The notes: a model not told the origin generated them from the letters alone. Positions 1-8,683 are shown, numbered from the stretch's first letter. The stretch: DNA of 64,000 nucleotides from Thermoplasmata archaeon (GCA_020348445.1 CP070751.1:222006-286005), one strand, 5' to 3'. Numbers and translations: made by a program.

Positions 1-365
1 GCCGAGATAAGATCATTTACCACCACTTGGGGAGTGGAAACAATAATGTTCGCGTCTTTCCAGAGCTCGCCTCTTTTTTTCGGGCCCACTTCACCTGTGA
101 AGACCATAGGTTCTGAATCCACGAGAAATTCCCTGATAAAAGCCGCATGCTGTTCCACAAGAGGCTTTGTAGGTGCAAGAAAGAGAACCTTGCCTTTCTT
201 CTTTTTCAGAACCTCGGCAATTACCAAAAGTGCCACTATTGTTTTTCCCATTCCAGTTGGCAGTACAACCAAAGTTGATTGGGAATTCGCGGAGCTGGCA
301 ATATTCACCTGATACATCCTTTTTTCGATAGAGTTGGCTTTGATTTTAGGATGCTCTACAAACAT
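1..365 (-). CDS. hef: Hef/FANCM-like (ERCC4-like) DEAD/DEAH helicase, N-terminal part; runs off the window start
   Basis: Manual translation from ATG at 365: MFVEHPKIKANSIEKRMYQVNIA...STLVVLPTGMGKTIVA...KVLFLAPTKPLVEQH...IIVSTPQ. This contains the Q motif, Walker A LPTGMGKT and motif Ia APTKPLVEQH typical of Hef. Absent from the ORF track because it is truncated. Confidence 0.88.
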   Translation of the reverse strand, partial: MFVEHPKIKANSIEKRMYQVNIASSANSQSTLVVLPTGMGKTIVALLVIAEVLKKKKGKVLFLAPTKPLVEQHAAFIREFLVDSEPMVFTGEVGPKKRGELWKDANIIVSTPQVVVNDLIS

Positions 366-481
366 AGGAGGTTAATGGCCATAGGAACTATTCAACGTTT
401 GGGTAGGGGTTAGGTTAGGAGGGAAAAATAAGAATAATAATTTTTCCGTTGACGCTCCTATAGCCATCTTGCAAGGGGCCC

Positions 482-493
482 TAATGCGCATTA
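482..493. promoter_or_regulatory. Perfect 12-bp palindrome TAATGCGCATTA upstream of hef, possible operator
   Basis: Exact palindrome, lying between a minus-strand TATA-like run (about 529-537) and the hef start. Confidence 0.25.
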
Positions 494-616
494 CACTCCC
501 TTACAACAGATTCTTATTGGGCCATTCCATATATAAGGCTTGGTTGGTAAATACCGTGATTACACCAGATAACCGAGAGAACGTTATTTATTGATTCCAG
601 CAACCAATTGTATTGC

Positions 617-1066
617 TTAGTGAGAAAAAATTATTCTTGATAATAGGAAATATGCGAAAAAACCAATGATTAGTCCGATAAATGCACTAAATATACTTAC
701 CTGATATCCAATATCCTGGTATTTTCTCCAGTATTCGATTGAAATAAAAAGAGTGTATAGAATCATAATTGTTACAAATAATGTTAGTATTGCAAAACAG
801 AGAACCAATATTAGATGTTCTTCATTAGATAACTCGGAAGTTCCTGCAGGGCTGAGCATAAATAGTATTCCAATCAATATGTAAATTTGAATTATTAATT
901 GGGTTATTATTGTTAAATTAAAAGAGCGCAGTTTTTCGTCAGATGAATGAAGAACCTGATAAGGGGGATTTAGATAGGTTTGGGGGAGGTATTTCGCATC
1001 GCCCTCAATGGAACTCTGATCAAAGGATTCCTCATCAATTCTTGACTTTAACTCGTCTTGGGTCAT
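617..1066 (-). CDS. Hypothetical membrane protein (about 3 TM helices)
   Basis: 149-aa ORF with three hydrophobic segments; AT-rich; no family recognised. Confidence 0.6.
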   Translation of the reverse strand: MTQDELKSRIDEESFDQSSIEGDAKYLPQTYLNPPYQVLHSSDEKLRSFNLTIITQLIIQIYILIGILFMLSPAGTSELSNEEHLILVLCFAILTLFVTIMILYTLFISIEYWRKYQDIGYQVSIFSAFIGLIIGFFAYFLLSRIIFSH

Positions 1067-1096
1067 TTTGGAAATTTCCCCTTTTTTAATTATATA

Positions 1097-1810
1097 TTAT
1101 TTAAATGGACATAAAGGATCGCCTTCGAACTCTGCCACACCAATAATTGTTTGATTATAGGGTAATTTCAAAATTTCGTGTTCCCAATCGCTTCTAATGA
1201 CATCCCCTTCGTCAAGATCAACATGAAAAGTTCCACTATCGACACCAAATGTGTGCAAATGACCATCTATTACATTATCGTGTGGAAAAATCGTAGCTTG
1301 CGATATGTCTGGATCTAAAGAATCGATATGGAATTCAATTGATAAATTAATCCAACGTCCTTTACCTTTGTCTGATCCTTTTACTATTTCATCGTGATTA
1401 GCAATTTTAAGACTTATGGAGTTGCTGTTGTTAAACTCGAATAAATAATCAAACCTTACTGAGTAGTCCAAATCTGGAATTGATAAAACTAAAAAATATG
1501 TTTCATTTGTTACATTCATTCTGCTGTCTGAATCTAGTTTGTAATAAAGTTCATCTAATAATGCATCATCGAGTTGAGCTTCGGAATCGATTGTAAAATA
1601 GAACGATTTAAGGCGAACCCCAGGAAGCATACAGTAATATAACCAAGAAATTAATATAAGAGAAATAATGATAAAAACTATGGCTATTATTATCTCTTTT
1701 TTATACTTTTTTTGATACTCCTGATATTTTTCCTCTGGAGTTTTTATACCTGAGTTTCCTGTGTACTTAAGGATTCCCTTTTTATTTGTCATTTCAGATA
1801 TCCTTCCCAT
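1097..1810 (-). CDS. Hypothetical single-pass membrane-anchored protein
   Basis: 237-aa ORF with a basic N-terminus, one TM segment (IIIAIVFIIISLILISWLYY) and an acidic, probably extracellular domain. Confidence 0.6.
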   Translation of the reverse strand: MGRISEMTNKKGILKYTGNSGIKTPEEKYQEYQKKYKKEIIIAIVFIIISLILISWLYYCMLPGVRLKSFYFTIDSEAQLDDALLDELYYKLDSDSRMNVTNETYFLVLSIPDLDYSVRFDYLFEFNNSNSISLKIANHDEIVKGSDKGKGRWINLSIEFHIDSLDPDISQATIFPHDNVIDGHLHTFGVDSGTFHVDLDEGDVIRSDWEHEILKLPYNQTIIGVAEFEGDPLCPFK

Positions 1811-1890
1811 AAATCATATATTAATACATTCTATTTTTATTTTATCATATTGGTCAGTTACTGCCTAACTGAATAATAAATAAAAGGAGT

Positions 1891-2332
1891 AGCCCCGGGC
1901 CGCAGAAATAAGAGATAATTAGAGTTCCATTATATTTCTAGGTAAGTGGCTAATCTGGATGACAACTTATAAAAGAGGAAGAGTAGCCCCGAGTGGATTC
2001 GAACCACCGTCTCCGGTTCCAAGGACCGGAATGATTGACCAGCTACAACACGGGGCTATTTGATTTGAACTTGTAGAGGCCAAATAGCCCCTAGCACGAG
2101 GAAAAGCGATATCAAAACTGTCTCAATACTTTTCCTCCATGACACGGGGCTTCTATGATTAAATTCTGCTTTATACTAATCCCCTATCAGAAAAAAAAGG
2201 TTATTATGTTATTAAGATTTCTTTTTTTCTACTAAGGGGCTTTATAGCATTATATCGCAACATTCAAATCCCCTTGCAGTAAATAAAGAGTTGGGAGGTT
2301 GCTGCAATTCCTTTTTTTACTACTACGGGGCT
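1891..2332 (-). repeat. Tandem array of about 92-bp period: four hairpin units plus the tRNA-Gln gene, all bounded by A(G/T)CCCC...G(G/T)GGCT
   Basis: GGGGCT starts at 2052, 2146, 2236 and 2327 (GTGGCT at 1946); AGCCCC/ATCCCC starts at 1891, 1985, 2086, 2179 and 2268. Each non-tRNA unit has inner inverted arms around a 22-nt core. Confidence 0.8.
1984..2057 (-). tRNA. tRNA-Gln(UUG), intronless, CCA not encoded; atypical C33 and U10
   Basis: Reverse complement folds as a cloverleaf: acceptor AGCCCCG/CGGGGCT (A1-U72, typical of archaeal Gln), anticodon arm CCGGT-CCTTGGA-ACCGG, T arm GGTGG-TTCGAAT-CCACT, discriminator A. Confidence 0.85.
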
Positions 2333-2369
2333 ATTTGACACAGAGACTCCGATAAGTCATTTCTCCTTC

Positions 2370-2933
2370 TTATTTATTACTCAAAAACTCTGCTAATTGT
2401 CTAAGTGCGATGGCCCTGTGAGAATGTTTGTTCTTCTCCTCAATCTCCATCTCCGCAAATGTCTTTTCCGCACCCTTGGGAATGAATATAGGATCGTATC
2501 CGAATCCATGGTGACCTCGGGGCATAATGGCGATTGTACCATCCACCCGCCCCTTGAAAAACAAAGGCTCTGAACCCTTCTCACAATAAGCGACACAGGA
2601 TTCGAAATACGCACTTCTATCCTCCTTACCTTTCAACAATCTTAATATTCCATCAAATCCAATTGTTACAAAAAAATGTTTTGAAAAAACACCAGGGTAA
2701 TTATTCAAGGCGGAGACAAAAAGCCCTGCGTCCTCTATAATCACTGCCTCTTCGATTTTCTTCTCTTTCATGATCCAATTGATCCCAAAAGAGGCCACCT
2801 CCTCAAGATCCGAGGACTGCAACTCTGGATAAGATATATGCACTTGCTCAATCTCAAATCCTAAAGGCGCAAATAACTTCTGGGTTTCCAACAACTTTCC
2901 GGGATTTGAAGTTCCAAATTGAATTTTTTTCAT
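2370..2933 (-). CDS. rdgB: RdgB/HAM1 non-canonical purine NTP pyrophosphatase (XTP/dITP diphosphatase)
   Basis: TSNPGK, EDAGL, PG, GFGYDPIF and KNKHSHR motifs. Confidence 0.95.
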   Translation of the reverse strand: MKKIQFGTSNPGKLLETQKLFAPLGFEIEQVHISYPELQSSDLEEVASFGINWIMKEKKIEEAVIIEDAGLFVSALNNYPGVFSKHFFVTIGFDGILRLLKGKEDRSAYFESCVAYCEKGSEPLFFKGRVDGTIAIMPRGHHGFGYDPIFIPKGAEKTFAEMEIEEKNKHSHRAIALRQLAEFLSNK

Positions 2934-3550
2934 GTGTACCTACCTCTTTTTTCTATTTCTTTTACCTTAGCAATCACCTTATCAGCTTCAGTGTATTCAA
3001 TTTTATACCCTTCAAGTACGTGATCGAACATTTCAAGAATCTCAGAATGCGTGCTTTCAAAGGCCTCGGAAAGAAGATGCAGATCCACTCCCTTGGCCTC
3101 AACCTCCTTGCTCTTTCCCCCCAAACTGAAGTCTATGAAGTATATTCGATCGTTCATGAGGATCATGTTGGAGGTAGTGAGGTCCCCGTGAATCAAATCA
3201 TTTTTGTGAAACTTCCCGACACATCTTCCGATTTCTGTGCATAGTCTCTTTTGCTCCTCATCCCCTACAATGTGAAGGGCCTCTTTGATCTGCTTTCCAT
3301 CAATATACTCCATCACAATCTGGCTCTTTAAGGTATCCACATCATAAATAATTGGTGTAGACACTCCAAAGCCTCGTGCCTCTGAAATCAGCTTGGCCTC
3401 AAGCTTGGTACGGGCTTCTCTTAGTCTCCTATCTATCTCTTCATGGCGATAGGATTTTACAACCCGGCTTTTTAGAACAACATGCCTGTTTTGCCATTCT
3501 GAAAGATGTATTTCAGCTTCAGCACCGCGCTTTATGAGTTCCAATTCCAA
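2930..3550 (-). CDS. bud32: KEOPS complex kinase Bud32
   Basis: RGAEA, VLKSR, EA..L, IVMEYI, HGDLTTSN and IDF motifs; overlaps the rdgB start by 4 nt. Confidence 0.95.
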   Translation of the reverse strand: MELELIKRGAEAEIHLSEWQNRHVVLKSRVVKSYRHEEIDRRLREARTKLEAKLISEARGFGVSTPIIYDVDTLKSQIVMEYIDGKQIKEALHIVGDEEQKRLCTEIGRCVGKFHKNDLIHGDLTTSNMILMNDRIYFIDFSLGGKSKEVEAKGVDLHLLSEAFESTHSEILEMFDHVLEGYKIEYTEADKVIAKVKEIEKRGRYT

Positions 3551-3633
3551 TCACTCCTTGAGTATTGTTCCTTACTTAGTTCAATATATCCAAAGAGCTT
3601 TTTAATTACTTAAAATGTGGCCTTCATTTGGAT

Positions 3634-3900
3634 CTATCCGCTTTTCACCATATCTGAAAAGTCGAACATCCTCAGTATCCTACTGGAATCTAAGTAGATC
3701 TCGGTAAAGATCCTTGCAGTCTCCTTATCTATACCATTGGCGCGAAGCTCCTTCTCGAAAATCCTGCCTCCCTTCTGGGCTTGTTTCTTGAAACTGAGAT
3801 ACGTTCCTCCAAGTCTCAGCATAAGTGGGATAAGGGAGGGGACAAGGGATGCAGCAAGCCTTATACCCTCCCCTGACTCAGACCTATTACTTCTTTTCAT
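3634..3900 (-). CDS. Small hypothetical protein, paralogous to 3922-4221
   Basis: Shares the C-terminal F-x-KEL-x3-G-x3-E-x-A-x3-T-x2-Y motif with the upstream ORF. Confidence 0.7.
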   Translation of the reverse strand: MKRSNRSESGEGIRLAASLVPSLIPLMLRLGGTYLSFKKQAQKGGRIFEKELRANGIDKETARIFTEIYLDSSRILRMFDFSDMVKSG

Positions 3901-3921
3901 TAGACGCCATCTCCTTTCTCA

Positions 3922-4221
3922 TTATTCTGTGGGCCCGTGATTTTGGCTTGCGAACTTGCTAAACATGCCTCCAATATTCAAGGTGGACATATACTGGCGT
4001 GTCAGCTCAAAGGCCTGCTCGTCCGTCATGCCCGCATCCTTCAGCTCCTTGTAGAATGTCGCAACAGCAATTCCGAACTTCTTGGCCTGATCTGGACCGT
4101 ACAATACACCAGCAAGTTCCTTTAGGAGTCCCGGCACCTTGTCGGATACGATGTTCAAGATTTCCTTTATTTTTTCTGGGTCAGGCATTCCATGTTCTTC
4201 GTGATGATTCATTTTTTTCAC
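3922..4221 (-). CDS. Small helical hypothetical protein
   Basis: 99-aa ORF containing FYKELKDAGMTDEQAFELTRQYM; operon-like spacing with its neighbours. Confidence 0.75.
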   Translation of the reverse strand: MKKMNHHEEHGMPDPEKIKEILNIVSDKVPGLLKELAGVLYGPDQAKKFGIAVATFYKELKDAGMTDEQAFELTRQYMSTLNIGGMFSKFASQNHGPTE

Positions 4222-4247
4222 CTCTTTTTAAACCAAGGGTGACCTCC

Positions 4248-4682
4248 CTATATAGATATGCCGAGCAGTTGTGACCACTTCCTGAGCACTTCTTCTGAAA
4301 GTGAGTATGTGGACACAGCACCCTCACCCTTCTGCTCCACCACGCCTTGCTCGATCATTGTTTTGATTCTTTCCCTTACGATTCGTCTTGAAGCACTGCC
4401 TCTTTTTGTGCGGAGTGCCTCAGTTATCTGGGATATGTTCTGATCGCGCCTTTCCATCAACACCTTCATTATATCCTTGGAAATGGGGTCCTTTACCTCG
4501 GGAGTTACCATGTCAGGTGATAAACCTCCATGGCTCAGTGCCAAGTCCACAAGGCGAAGGTACTTGCCTGTGGCCTTCTGCATATCCCGTACAGGGGCCA
4601 TGAGCTGTGCTATCGCATCTTCTAGCTCGGCTATACGTTTATTCAATTCCTTGATCTGTTTGGGCAAATCCTCTTCAGTCAC
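4248..4682 (-). CDS. Winged-helix transcriptional regulator with N-terminal coiled coil
   Basis: Heptad segment IKELNKRIAELEDAIAQL, then wHTH-like NISQITEAL...SRRIVRERIKTMIEQGVVE...YSL. GTG start with a TTTTAAA box about 22 nt upstream. Confidence 0.7.
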   Translation of the reverse strand: MTEEDLPKQIKELNKRIAELEDAIAQLMAPVRDMQKATGKYLRLVDLALSHGGLSPDMVTPEVKDPISKDIMKVLMERRDQNISQITEALRTKRGSASRRIVRERIKTMIEQGVVEQKGEGAVSTYSLSEEVLRKWSQLLGISI

Positions 4683-4727
4683 AGCCTACGCAATAACCTC
4701 GACGTTTAAAATTCCTTTGGAAGGTTT

Positions 4728-5291
4728 CTACCTCTTCCAATCCTCTTTTAATATTGAAAAATATATCATGTCTATGTATCTATCTTCCCTTAATACCTCA
4801 TGGCGGAACTTGCCCTCGTATTCCATTCCTATCTTCTCCATGACTCTTTTTGATGGAAGATTGTCGTGAAAACATTTGGCAAATACCCGCTCCAGGCTCA
4901 ACTCACTGAACCCGAACTCCAATATTTTTAATGAGGCCTCGGTTGCGATTCCATTGTTCCAATGGGGTTTGCCTATCCAGTAGCCAAGTTCAGCATTTTT
5001 ATGTCTCTTATCAACCTTGACGAAAGACACGACACCAACGATCTTTAATTCAGGTTTCAATTCGATGGCGAGTTCATAGGACAATCCCTTTTCCAATAAT
5101 TCCATTGACTGTCTGATAAATATTATAGCACCGTCTCTTGGGTATGGATGTGGGATGTTTATGGTCCACTTGGCAATATCATACTCCTTAACATGCTGGT
5201 AGATACTTTCCGCATCTTCTTCCCTTAAAGGTCTTAGAATTAGTCTTTCTGTTTCAAGTCTTATTGTGTTTGGATCTACATCACTATCCAA
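4728..5291 (-). CDS. GNAT family N-acetyltransferase (RimJ/RimL-like)
   Basis: LETERLILRPL, AELGYWIGKPHWNNGIATEA and N..S.RVMEKIGMEYEG motifs. Start placed at TTG 5291 after GGAGGTGA at the kae1 stop; the ORF-track start is 5327. Confidence 0.88.
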   Translation of the reverse strand: MDSDVDPNTIRLETERLILRPLREEDAESIYQHVKEYDIAKWTINIPHPYPRDGAIIFIRQSMELLEKGLSYELAIELKPELKIVGVVSFVKVDKRHKNAELGYWIGKPHWNNGIATEASLKILEFGFSELSLERVFAKCFHDNLPSKRVMEKIGMEYEGKFRHEVLREDRYIDMIYFSILKEDWKR

Positions 5292-5301
5292 GGTCGTGCC
5301 C

Positions 5302-6285
<984 letters not shown>

Positions 6286-6357
6286 TCAAAATAGTGCTTC
6301 GAATATAAAATAGTATCATAATATTCTTGAAGAATATAATATGATTCGGAATTATCA

Positions 6358-6525
6358 TCAGGCAAAGATCTTGATATGTTCGAGATTCTCCACCATTTCA
6401 TTGATATATTCGTTTGGATTCTCCAGCTTGGTCTCATATCCGTGTGTTGGGCAGTAGTATATCCCCAAGGTCGTGTTATATTTGGCATATTTTTCGCATA
6501 CACTGCATATTACTTTCAAGTGCAT
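6358..6525 (-). CDS. Small zinc-ribbon-like protein (CxxC...CPTH)
   Basis: CSVC-x12-CPTHG. GGAGG precedes an ATG at 6525 and an in-frame TTG two codons later; lies directly upstream of kae1. Confidence 0.55.
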   Translation of the reverse strand: MHLKVICSVCEKYAKYNTTLGIYYCPTHGYETKLENPNEYINEMVENLEHIKIFA

Positions 6526-6658
6526 CCCTCCGCATAGCGGGTTGTTAGACGTTTTGTCTGACACCATATACACTTATCCCTATTTAAATATTTCGCTAAA
6601 ATTCCCGATTTACTCTTGAGGCGAAAGGTATATATAGTGTAAGCTTCATATATGTTCC

Positions 6659-8014
6659 TTGTCTGACAAAGTGTCGGAAACATTTTGGGATGGGATACCC
6701 ATGCTCTGGCGAAAAAAGAAAGATAATGTATACGGTGATTTCACTACAAGTAGACTTCTTGGCAATGGAATTTACTCAGTTAACGAGCCAGATTTCGAAG
6801 AAGGGGGCGGTTTTCTCAACCTCAGAGAACGTCCTGTTTTGGTGGGAATATGGTATGTCTTTATTTTGTCCTGTCTACTTTGGTGGCTTCCGCTCTTCGG
6901 TCCCATGATCGCTGGGTATATAGGCGGAAGAAAGGCGGGCTCTCCCTTGAAGGGGATCATGGTGGCCATAATTCCTGTCTTCATCATACTGCTTTTACTA
7001 ATAGGTATAGATGTGGGCCTTATTCCCGGGCTTGGTGCTGTTGTAGCCATTCCCTCGATGCTCATGAGCGGAATTCAATCTATTTCCCCCACAGGTGCTT
7101 CGTATCTCTCTGGAATGTATGACAGTCTCGGAGGAGTTGTGGGTGTTAATGGCAATGGTTTCTTCATCGTGGTGATTTTCGGATATATCGGAGGGATGAT
7201 GGCAGATATTAACAGAAAGGATTTGGCCCATGCAACAGGCAACAAGCATTTTTATGACGGTTTCGCCAATAAGTTCTCTGGTTGGCATATAGGCAAATTC
7301 GCTGATATGGTGGCAGAGAGGGTTTTATGGAGCCTGGGAACAGTTAGTTATGCAGGAAAAAACATCATCGCAAGGACCCACTCAGAGCCTGATACATTCA
7401 GTTTCGAGAACTTAAAAAGCCTGCCAGCCTCAACACATTCTGAACCCTATCAATATGAAAGTCGGGCCGACTCTTACGAATCCGAAAGGGCCTTCGGATA
7501 CGATGATTATCAACCCCTGGATTACGAGCCGCTACCACCAAATGACATTCGTGATGTGGATTCCTTTGAAAATTATGAACCTATAATTCCTGAAAGGGAG
7601 TATCAAGAATCTGAATGGAGTGTAACTCATCGTGACCTATCCGAAGACTCCATGATAAATTCATGGAAAGAGCATGATAGGAATGTGGGCAAGGGCCCAA
7701 ATAAACAAAGAAGCGAGCGCAATTCAAACAAAAGCAGCCCAAAAAGATCATCAAAGACAAAGACCAAAGAAAAAAGGGATGCTGTTATCTTTGATTCCAA
7801 AGAAAAAAATTCAGATAAAGACAGACCAAAGAAGAAAAACACACCTGTTAAGCGCAAACAACTGCCTCTGGTAACAAGAGCCCTTGCTGCAGTTGATGAG
7901 ATAAAGGTCAAAAAGGATGATGAAGAGGAGCAAGAAGAGCCTCTTTTAAGCGAGGTGACAGAAGTGAGTAAGCCACAGCGGGCCAAACAGGCTCAATCCT
8001 ATGAAAGATTATGA
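6659..8014 (+). CDS. Hypothetical membrane protein with Gly-rich TM hairpins and a long charged, probably disordered C-terminus
   Basis: WWLPLFGPMIAGYIGGRKAGS TM region; acidic then Lys-rich low-complexity tail; start codon uncertain. Confidence 0.7.
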   Translation: MSDKVSETFWDGIPMLWRKKKDNVYGDFTTSRLLGNGIYSVNEPDFEEGGGFLNLRERPVLVGIWYVFILSCLLWWLPLFGPMIAGYIGGRKAGSPLKGIMVAIIPVFIILLLLIGIDVGLIPGLGAVVAIPSMLMSGIQSISPTGASYLSGMYDSLGGVVGVNGNGFFIVVIFGYIGGMMADINRKDLAHATGNKHFYDGFANKFSGWHIGKFADMVAERVLWSLGTVSYAGKNIIARTHSEPDTFSFENLKSLPASTHSEPYQYESRADSYESERAFGYDDYQPLDYEPLPPNDIRDVDSFENYEPIIPEREYQESEWSVTHRDLSEDSMINSWKEHDRNVGKGPNKQRSERNSNKSSPKRSSKTKTKEKRDAVIFDSKEKNSDKDRPKKKNTPVKRKQLPLVTRALAAVDEIKVKKDDEEEQEEPLLSEVTEVSKPQRAKQAQSYERL

Positions 8015-8119
8015 GAATAGGAGGTGTTCATCTAAAATTTGAAAAAAAGAATGTTAAAACAATAAAATATGGCACCATCTGCTTCCATAATCCAACCACA
8101 ATCAGATCAACACCGAAAA

Positions 8120-8581
8120 TTACTGAATGACATCGCCAATTACATCTGCGATCTTCTCAAGCATCTTCTTATCCTCAGAATCGAATGCACAGGGATAATC
8201 GCTGTCAATGTCGATTTCACCTATTATTCTGTCTTTTGACCAGATAGGAACTACGATCTCAGATTTTGTTTCAACGCTGCATGCGAGATACCGTTCATCT
8301 GATGAGACATCGGGAACTATTACGGTCTGCTCGTCAACAACCGCGGCCCCGCAGATGCCCTGCCCAATCTTGATGCGGGTATGTTCTGTTGGCCTTCCAA
8401 GGTAGTATTTCAAAACCAGATCTTCTCCTTGGATGAGGTATATCCCTACCCAGGTGTAATGCGGTACTTCTTTTAGTATCTCAACTGCCTTTTTTACGAT
8501 ATCCTCGTTTTTCTCTACGCTATCTAGGATTTTGTCAATAATATGGTGCTCGTTTAGCCTTTTTTCCGCCATTTCCGCCAT
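8120..8581 (-). CDS. GAF-domain protein, free methionine-R-sulfoxide reductase (fRMsr/MsrC-like)
   Basis: WVGIY, GQGICGAA, YLACS..TKSEIVVP and GEIDIDS motifs. Start trimmed to MAEMAEK, because the 273-aa track ORF extends antisense into the neighbouring gene. Confidence 0.85.
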   Translation of the reverse strand: MAEMAEKRLNEHHIIDKILDSVEKNEDIVKKAVEILKEVPHYTWVGIYLIQGEDLVLKYYLGRPTEHTRIKIGQGICGAAVVDEQTVIVPDVSSDERYLACSVETKSEIVVPIWSKDRIIGEIDIDSDYPCAFDSEDKKMLEKIADVIGDVIQ

Positions 8582-8683
8582 ATTCTCGTAATATAAGAGG
8601 TAATTTATAATATTTCTGATAGTACAGTAGGAATTTTTATTAACCCTGGGAACATATCTAATTAACGTGCATAAACACACGAG

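Noticed and set aside
1887-1897. GAGTAGCCCCG as an attR site of an integrated element
   Set aside because: It lies only 94 bp from the tRNA 3' end, is explained as the end of array unit U0, and no integrase is present.
1984-2057. Reading the tRNA as Pro(UGG), which would give a normal U33
   Set aside because: That register breaks the anticodon stem, and the A1-U72 acceptor stem is typical of Gln.
1891-2332. H/ACA guide RNA or integron attC interpretation of the hairpins
   Set aside because: There is no consistent ACA/ANA box after the basal stem, no clear K-turn, no RYYYAAC/GTTRRRY ends and no ORF cassettes between units.
1891-2337. CRISPR array interpretation of the tRNA-flanking repeats
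   Set aside because: The repeats are not near-identical 23-47 bp direct repeats, the variable parts sit inside inverted arms, and there are no cas genes in the window.
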